A stretch of 31,431 nucleotides of DNA from Gemmatimonadaceae bacterium (GTDB taxonomy: Bacteria > Gemmatimonadota > Gemmatimonadetes > Gemmatimonadales > Gemmatimonadaceae). The notes beneath the pieces were generated by a model that made no database searches, was not told where the DNA came from, and was given only the letters and a program-made list of their open reading frames with translations. The DNA is taken from assembly GCA_036266115.1 (NCBI GenBank), contig DATANT010000088.1:1-31431 (forward strand). Direction: 5' to 3'. A program made the translations under genes and the position numbers. Below are positions 26,874 to 31,431 of this stretch, one piece after another. Positions within the stretch are counted from its first letter, which is position 1, and each line of letters opens with the position of its first letter.

Positions 26874-27281
26874 TGGCTACGCTACCGCGCGTGGGTGGCG
26901 GGCGCGACGTCGTTGGCCGTGGGCTGGCAGGCGACAGCGAGCCGCAGCGCGGGGTCCAGCAGGTGTCGACGCGTGGCGCGTGTCATCAGCGACCTCGGGA
27001 CATGGGGACTCGTACGGCTCGCGATGGGCTCCCCCGCAATCTGCCCCCACGTGACGCTGAGCGCAGTGGGTACGGCGGGACCGGCGGGCCGTGGCGCTCG
27101 ACGGCAATCCGTGTCATGCACCGGCCGTTGCTGCCCACGCGTCACGACCTGGCACCGGCGGACGGCGAGGGTTGGGGTCACCCGGGGTGGCGCGTTAAGG
27201 TTCAGCGCGGCGGTGGGAGCATGGCGCCCGTGCTCCCGATTCAGGCGCGGGCCGCCGCCCGATCCCTCCGGAGACACGTTC

Positions 27282-29294
27282 ATGCTTCGCCCCTCGCTCA
27301 CCGCGTGCCTCGCCGCGCTCGCCCTCCCGCTGGCCACGGCCTGCGCACCCGCGCCAGCGCCCGGTCCCATCACCGCCGCGGCCGCGCCGGCTGGCACGCG
27401 GCGCGCCATCCTGGCGAGCTTCGACGCCATGAGCGAGCGGCGGATGCTCGAGACCGTGGACCCGGCGGCGGTGCCGGCGTTCCGGGCGCTGTTCACGGGC
27501 GGCGCCTGCGCTGATGGGGCGCGGCCGGCGTTCCCCAGTCTCACCTCGCCGGGCCACGCCTCGCTCTGGACCGGCACGTACGGCGACGTGAGCGACGTGT
27601 CCGCCAACAGCCAGCCGCGCCTGCCGCGGCCGGACAACGACCTGCGCGACTGGATCTCCGGCTACTCGTTCGAGACGCTGCACGCGGAGCCCATCTGGAT
27701 CGCGGCGGCGCGGCAGGGCGTCACGGTGTACGGCCATCACCCCACGCAGGCGCCGGGCGTGCCCGGCTACCCGAGCGCCGACGGCCAGGCCGACCCACGG
27801 GCCGACTCGCTGCGCGCGCTGGCGCGCGAGGCGCTGCTCTCGCCGCGCGCGCACGTCATCAACGGCTACAACGCGCAGGTGAGCGAGGCGCGGCTGCTCA
27901 CCGAGCGCAACGCGCCGCCGCGCGCGGCGCACGGGTGGCGGAACCTGGACCGCCTGGGCGTCACGGTGGCGCCCCGCGAGGTCGCGTGGCAGGTGAGCGA
28001 GGCGGGCACCGACTCGCTGGTCGCGCTGCTCTACGGCACCACGCGCTACACGCACGTCCTCGTGGCGCGCACGCGCGACGCCGCGCAGGGCGTGATGGCC
28101 GCCGCCGCGCCGGTGGAGACGGCGTCGCTGCCGGGGCGCGCGCTGGCGCGCCACTTCTCGCCGCCGCTCGAGCTGCCGGTGGCCGGCGGCCGGGTGTTCG
28201 CGCGGGTGCGGCTGTTCGACGTGGCGCCGGACGCCGCCCACTTCGTGCTCTTCGTGCCCGAGCTGAAGGTGGTGGAGGGGAACCGCCCGGAGGTGGCAGC
28301 CGCGTACGACGCGGCGGTGCGCGGCTGGTACGGCAACGGCGCGCTCTGGATGCTGGAGCGCGGTGTGCTGGGCGCGCCGCTCTGGAAGGGCGGCGACGGC
28401 ACGGCGGAGCGGCGCTACCTGGAGACCGCGGAGCTGGTGACGCGGCAGTTCATGGAAGGCTCGGCGTGGGCCTGGCGCACCGTGCGTCCGCGTCTGCAGC
28501 TGGACTACTTCCCCATGGTGGACGAGGTGGACCACGCGCTGCTGGGCCGCGTGACGCCGGGGGTGCCGGGTTACGACGCCACGCTCGCCGCACGGGTGCA
28601 GGCGGTGCGCGAGCGCGTGTGGCAGATGGCGGACATGCGGATGGCCGGCCTGCGTGCGCTGGTGGGCGAGGATCCGAACGCCGCGCTGTTCGTGAGCGGC
28701 GACCACGGCATGCGGGCCACCTGGCGCACGTTCCGCCCCAACGTCGCGCTGGCGGCCGCGGGGCTGTTCGCCGCCGACTCCGCCGGCCGCCCGATGCTCG
28801 CGCGCACGCGGGCGCTCTCCACCAACGGCTACTACGTGGTGCTCAACCGGCGCGCCTGGAAGCACGGCATCGTGGCGCCGGCCGAGGAGGCCGCGCTCAT
28901 GGCCGCGGCCGAGCGGGCGCTGCGAGCCGCGACGGGCCCCGATGGCCAGCCGATCGTGACGCAGGTCTGGCGCGCGACGGACACCGATACGCTGGGGTTG
29001 GGTGGGCCGACGGGCGGAGACCTCTACTACGAGGTGGCGCCGGGCTACCGGCTCTCGGCCGACGCCAGCGGGCCGGTGGCCTCGGCCGCCGAGCCGCTGG
29101 CGGGGCACGGGTATCCCTCCACCGCGCCCGACATGCAGACCATCTTCTGCGCGACGGGCGCGGGCATCCGGCCGCGCCGCACCGCCGCGGCGCGCACGAT
29201 CGACGCCGCGCCCACCGTGAGCGAGTGGCTCGGCATCGCCGCGCCCAGGGACTCGCGCGGGATCTCCCGGCTGGGGGAGTTGTTGGGGCGGTAG
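27282..29294 (+). CDS. Lipoprotein of the nucleotide pyrophosphatase/phosphodiesterase (type I phosphodiesterase, alkaline-phosphatase superfamily) family
   Basis: ATG at 27282 with GGAG at -11. Signal peptide plus lipobox-like sequence MLRPSLTACLAALALPLATAC. NPP-like FPSLTSPGHASLWTG, later SGDHGM and AGHGY metal-site motifs. 670 aa. Confidence 0.75.
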   Translation: MLRPSLTACLAALALPLATACAPAPAPGPITAAAAPAGTRRAILASFDAMSERRMLETVDPAAVPAFRALFTGGACADGARPAFPSLTSPGHASLWTGTYGDVSDVSANSQPRLPRPDNDLRDWISGYSFETLHAEPIWIAAARQGVTVYGHHPTQAPGVPGYPSADGQADPRADSLRALAREALLSPRAHVINGYNAQVSEARLLTERNAPPRAAHGWRNLDRLGVTVAPREVAWQVSEAGTDSLVALLYGTTRYTHVLVARTRDAAQGVMAAAAPVETASLPGRALARHFSPPLELPVAGGRVFARVRLFDVAPDAAHFVLFVPELKVVEGNRPEVAAAYDAAVRGWYGNGALWMLERGVLGAPLWKGGDGTAERRYLETAELVTRQFMEGSAWAWRTVRPRLQLDYFPMVDEVDHALLGRVTPGVPGYDATLAARVQAVRERVWQMADMRMAGLRALVGEDPNAALFVSGDHGMRATWRTFRPNVALAAAGLFAADSAGRPMLARTRALSTNGYYVVLNRRAWKHGIVAPAEEAALMAAAERALRAATGPDGQPIVTQVWRATDTDTLGLGGPTGGDLYYEVAPGYRLSADASGPVASAAEPLAGHGYPSTAPDMQTIFCATGAGIRPRRTAAARTIDAAPTVSEWLGIAAPRDSRGISRLGELLGR

Positions 29295-29345
29295 AGGGTG
29301 GGTGAGGCGGGTGTCGGCTCACGGACCAACCGCCCGCGGCTCTCC

Positions 29346-30023
29346 CTACCGCCGCACCAGCCGCTCGGCGTCCATCGCGAGATACGTGTGCGCGTGCCCC
29401 AGGCTGTGGTCGTGCCCGATGAGCACCAGCTCGGCCGCGCGCTCCTGGCGGCTGCCCTGGCGGACGAGCAGACGCGGGCGCGAGACGTCCGCGGGCAGGT
29501 CGAAGACGACGCGCGAGGTGAAGGCCGCGCCGGCGTCCACGGGCTGGCTGAGTGGTGGGAGGACGCTGTCACCGGCGAGGGCCCGCTCGCCGGCCGCCGA
29601 GCGACGGTAGGCGCGGCCCCGGGCGTCCACGACCGTGAGCTCGGGTTCGACGAGCGCCAGCGTGGCGCGGCGGGCGTCGCTGTTCACCTGCACCGTGACC
29701 ACCCAGAACCATCCGCCCGCCGTGGCCTGCCGGGCCGGGGTGCCGAGCACGCGCGCGCGGCGCACGTCGCGCACGGCGACGCCCAGGTGGCAGTCGAGGT
29801 ACGCACCGCACAGCCGGTAGGTGTCGCCGAGGGCCAGGGTACGCTCGGTGCTCGAGATGGAGGCGTTGGCCAGGAGGATGGCGTAGGCGGCGCCCCAGCA
29901 GGCGATAGCGACGGCCACCACGGGCATGCCGGGCGGGCGTCGCGCACCTACCAGCCAGCGTAGGGTCAGCAGCGAGCCACCGACGGTAACGAGGAGCATC
30001 GCGAGCAGGATCAGGATCGCCAT
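29346..30023 (-). CDS. Hypothetical membrane protein with two N-terminal TM helices and a beta-rich extracytoplasmic domain (DUF4352-like guess), His-rich C-terminus
   Basis: ATG at 30023-30021 verified. TM segments AILILLAMLLVTVGGSLL and VVAVAIACWGAAYAILLA. C-terminus …LIGHDHSLGHAHTY. Confidence 0.55.
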   Translation of the reverse strand: MAILILLAMLLVTVGGSLLTLRWLVGARRPPGMPVVAVAIACWGAAYAILLANASISSTERTLALGDTYRLCGAYLDCHLGVAVRDVRRARVLGTPARQATAGGWFWVVTVQVNSDARRATLALVEPELTVVDARGRAYRRSAAGERALAGDSVLPPLSQPVDAGAAFTSRVVFDLPADVSRPRLLVRQGSRQERAAELVLIGHDHSLGHAHTYLAMDAERLVRR

Positions 30024-30064
30024 GGGAGCCTCGGGGCGCTGGGCGGTGCGTCGTCAGTGTAGAG

Positions 30065-30083
30065 TACTTTGTATTGCAAAGTA
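30065..30083. promoter_or_regulatory. 19-bp AT-rich perfect palindrome TACTTTG-TATTG-CAAAGTA in the divergent promoter region between 30023 and 30208
   Basis: Arms are exact reverse complements. This is the only AT-rich island in the neighbourhood. It overlaps a TTGCAA -35-like hexamer. Confidence 0.45.
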
Positions 30084-30207
30084 TGAACGCGCAAGAGGGG
30101 AACCCCCCGAGCACCGCCGGTGTTGCTGACCGGGGCGGCTGCTCCGCATCGTCACCCGTCCGCCGGAGACCACCCGCGAGGGTTCATCCCTACCCCGGAA
30201 GCCGCGC

Positions 30208-31068
30208 ATGATCCTCGTCACCGGTGCCACCGGCCGCATTGGCGCTCCGCTCATCGCCGCCCTGCACGAGCGGGACGTGCCGTTCCGCGCCCTCACGCGT
30301 TCGGCCGAGCACGCGGCGGCACTGCGCGAGCGTGGCATGCAGCCCGTGCTGGGGAACCTGGGCGACGCGGACTCCGTGGATGCCGCCATGGCCGGCGTGC
30401 ATCGGCTGTTCCTACTCAGCAGCCCGGGCGCCGACGCCGTGCGCCAGGAGCGCACCGCGATCGACGCCGCGGTGCGCGCGGGCGTTGGCCACGTCGTCAA
30501 GCTGTCGGTGATCGATGCGGACCTCCACTCGCCATCCCGCCTGATGCGCAGCCACGCGGAGAGCGAGCACCACCTGATGGCCAGCGGCATGGCGTACACC
30601 ATGCTGCGTCCCAACAGCCTGCTCCAGAACCTGTTGGGCGGCGCCGCGTCCACCGTGCGCGAGGCGGGCACGATCATCGGCGCCACCGACGACGCGCGCA
30701 TCAGCCACGTGGACGCCATCGACGTGGCGCACGTGGCCGCGGTCGCGCTCACGCAACCGGGGCACGAGGGGCGGACGTACGAGCTCACGGGCCCGGCGGC
30801 TCAGACCTTTCCCGAGATCGCCGACGCGCTCACGCGGATGCTCGGCAGGTCCGTGCTGTACGTGGACATTCCCGACGAGACGCTGCGCGCCGCGGTGCTG
30901 GGGTCCGGAGGGCCGTTGTGGCTGGCCGAGGGGCTGATGGAGCTGGCGCAGTACTACCGCACCGACCGACTGGCGCGCGTGAGCGCCGACGTGGAGCGCG
31001 TCTCCGGGCGGCGACCGACGGGGCTGGAGGAGTTCCTGGCGGCGCACCTTGCGGCGTTCGAGGCCTGA
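30208..31068 (+). CDS. NmrA-like or atypical SDR NAD(P)-binding protein
   Basis: ATG at 30208 verified. Rossmann motif MILVTGATGRIGAPL. 286 aa. Confidence 0.85.
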   Translation: MILVTGATGRIGAPLIAALHERDVPFRALTRSAEHAAALRERGMQPVLGNLGDADSVDAAMAGVHRLFLLSSPGADAVRQERTAIDAAVRAGVGHVVKLSVIDADLHSPSRLMRSHAESEHHLMASGMAYTMLRPNSLLQNLLGGAASTVREAGTIIGATDDARISHVDAIDVAHVAAVALTQPGHEGRTYELTGPAAQTFPEIADALTRMLGRSVLYVDIPDETLRAAVLGSGGPLWLAEGLMELAQYYRTDRLARVSADVERVSGRRPTGLEEFLAAHLAAFEA

Positions 31069-31186
31069 GTCGGGCGCGGCGTGCGCGGTGTACCCATGTT
31101 CGTGCGCCTCCCGCGGGCGTGCCGGCACGGTGATGGCGTGGGCTAGATTGCGGCGGCGGTCATCCACTTCCCGCGCTCCAGCAACC

Positions 31187-31431
31187 ATGTCTCACGTTCC
31201 TCGTTCCGTCTCACGCGCTGCGGTGCTCGCCGTGGCGGCGATGCAGCTCGCCAGCCCGCTGGCCACGTCGCTGCGCGCACAGCAGCCGGTGCGCCCCGAC
31301 TCCACGCGCCCCGACTCCGCGCGCCGCGACACCGCCACGGTGCAGCGCCTGCCCGGCGTGACCGTGACCGGCACGCTGCGCGAGGAGCGGCTGGAGGGCG
31401 TGCCCTGGGCCGTGGGCGCGGTGGGCACCAC
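31187..31431 (+). CDS. N-terminal fragment of a secreted protein, probably a TonB-dependent receptor or CarboxypepD_reg-type outer-membrane protein, cut by the window end
   Basis: ATG 31187. Signal-peptide-like MSHVPRSVSRAAVLAVAAMQLASPLATSLRAQQ. Then …TATVQRLPGVTVTGTLREERLEGVPWAVGAVGT, which resembles the start of a TonB plug. Confidence 0.4.
   Translation, partial: MSHVPRSVSRAAVLAVAAMQLASPLATSLRAQQPVRPDSTRPDSARRDTATVQRLPGVTVTGTLREERLEGVPWAVGAVGT

Noticed and set aside
25545-29294. 1249-aa plus-strand ORF
   Set aside because: Only the last 670 codons (from ATG 27282 with an SD) encode the phosphodiesterase. The upstream 1.7 kb is antisense to cls and is low-complexity Arg/Gly/Glu sequence.

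Overview
This is a 31.4-kb stretch of very GC-rich (about 70%) bacterial chromosome. Most genes are housekeeping or stress-related and sit tightly packed on both strands. I found no tRNA, rRNA, CRISPR array, transposase or integrase. The six-frame track contains many long spurious ORFs, mostly antisense to real genes, which is usual at this GC. I called genes from protein-like composition and motifs, and from GC3 where I computed it, and verified start codons by hand. Several real starts are GTG or TTG, which the ORF track writes as 'M'. Recognisable genes include a DEAD-box helicase, a creatininase-family protein, PfkA, an acyl-CoA desaturase downstream of a TetR regulator, and a DEAH helicase. 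There is also an ECF sigma factor, a Usp–CGNR operon, a thioesterase, a flotillin–NfeD pair, long-form IspH, cardiolipin synthase, a phosphodiesterase lipoprotein and an NmrA-like protein. The most interesting stretch is a five-gene minus-strand operon (178–3318) that looks periplasmic or envelope-stress related. It carries two tandem LTXXQ (ZraP/Spy/CpxP-like) paralogs, an Asp-nucleophile alpha/beta-hydrolase, a TPR protein and a glycine-zipper protein. Next to it lies a 690-bp noncoding gap whose G/C skew flips between strands, with dense G-quadruplex motifs. A GTGA-coupled pair follows: a protein with QW-like motifs fused to an alpha/beta-hydrolase. I also flag a Sec-secreted Arg/Glu-rich repeat protein just upstream of the DEAH helicase, whose own tail is RGG-rich. 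Further flags are an ECF sigma with no neighbouring anti-sigma but a small Trp-rich protein downstream, and an orphan pseudopilin with a small lipoprotein. The last flags are a zinc-ribbon membrane protein, candidate operator palindromes and repeats, and GC-rich hairpin terminators without U-tracts. All functional calls rest on motif recognition by eye, with no database search.
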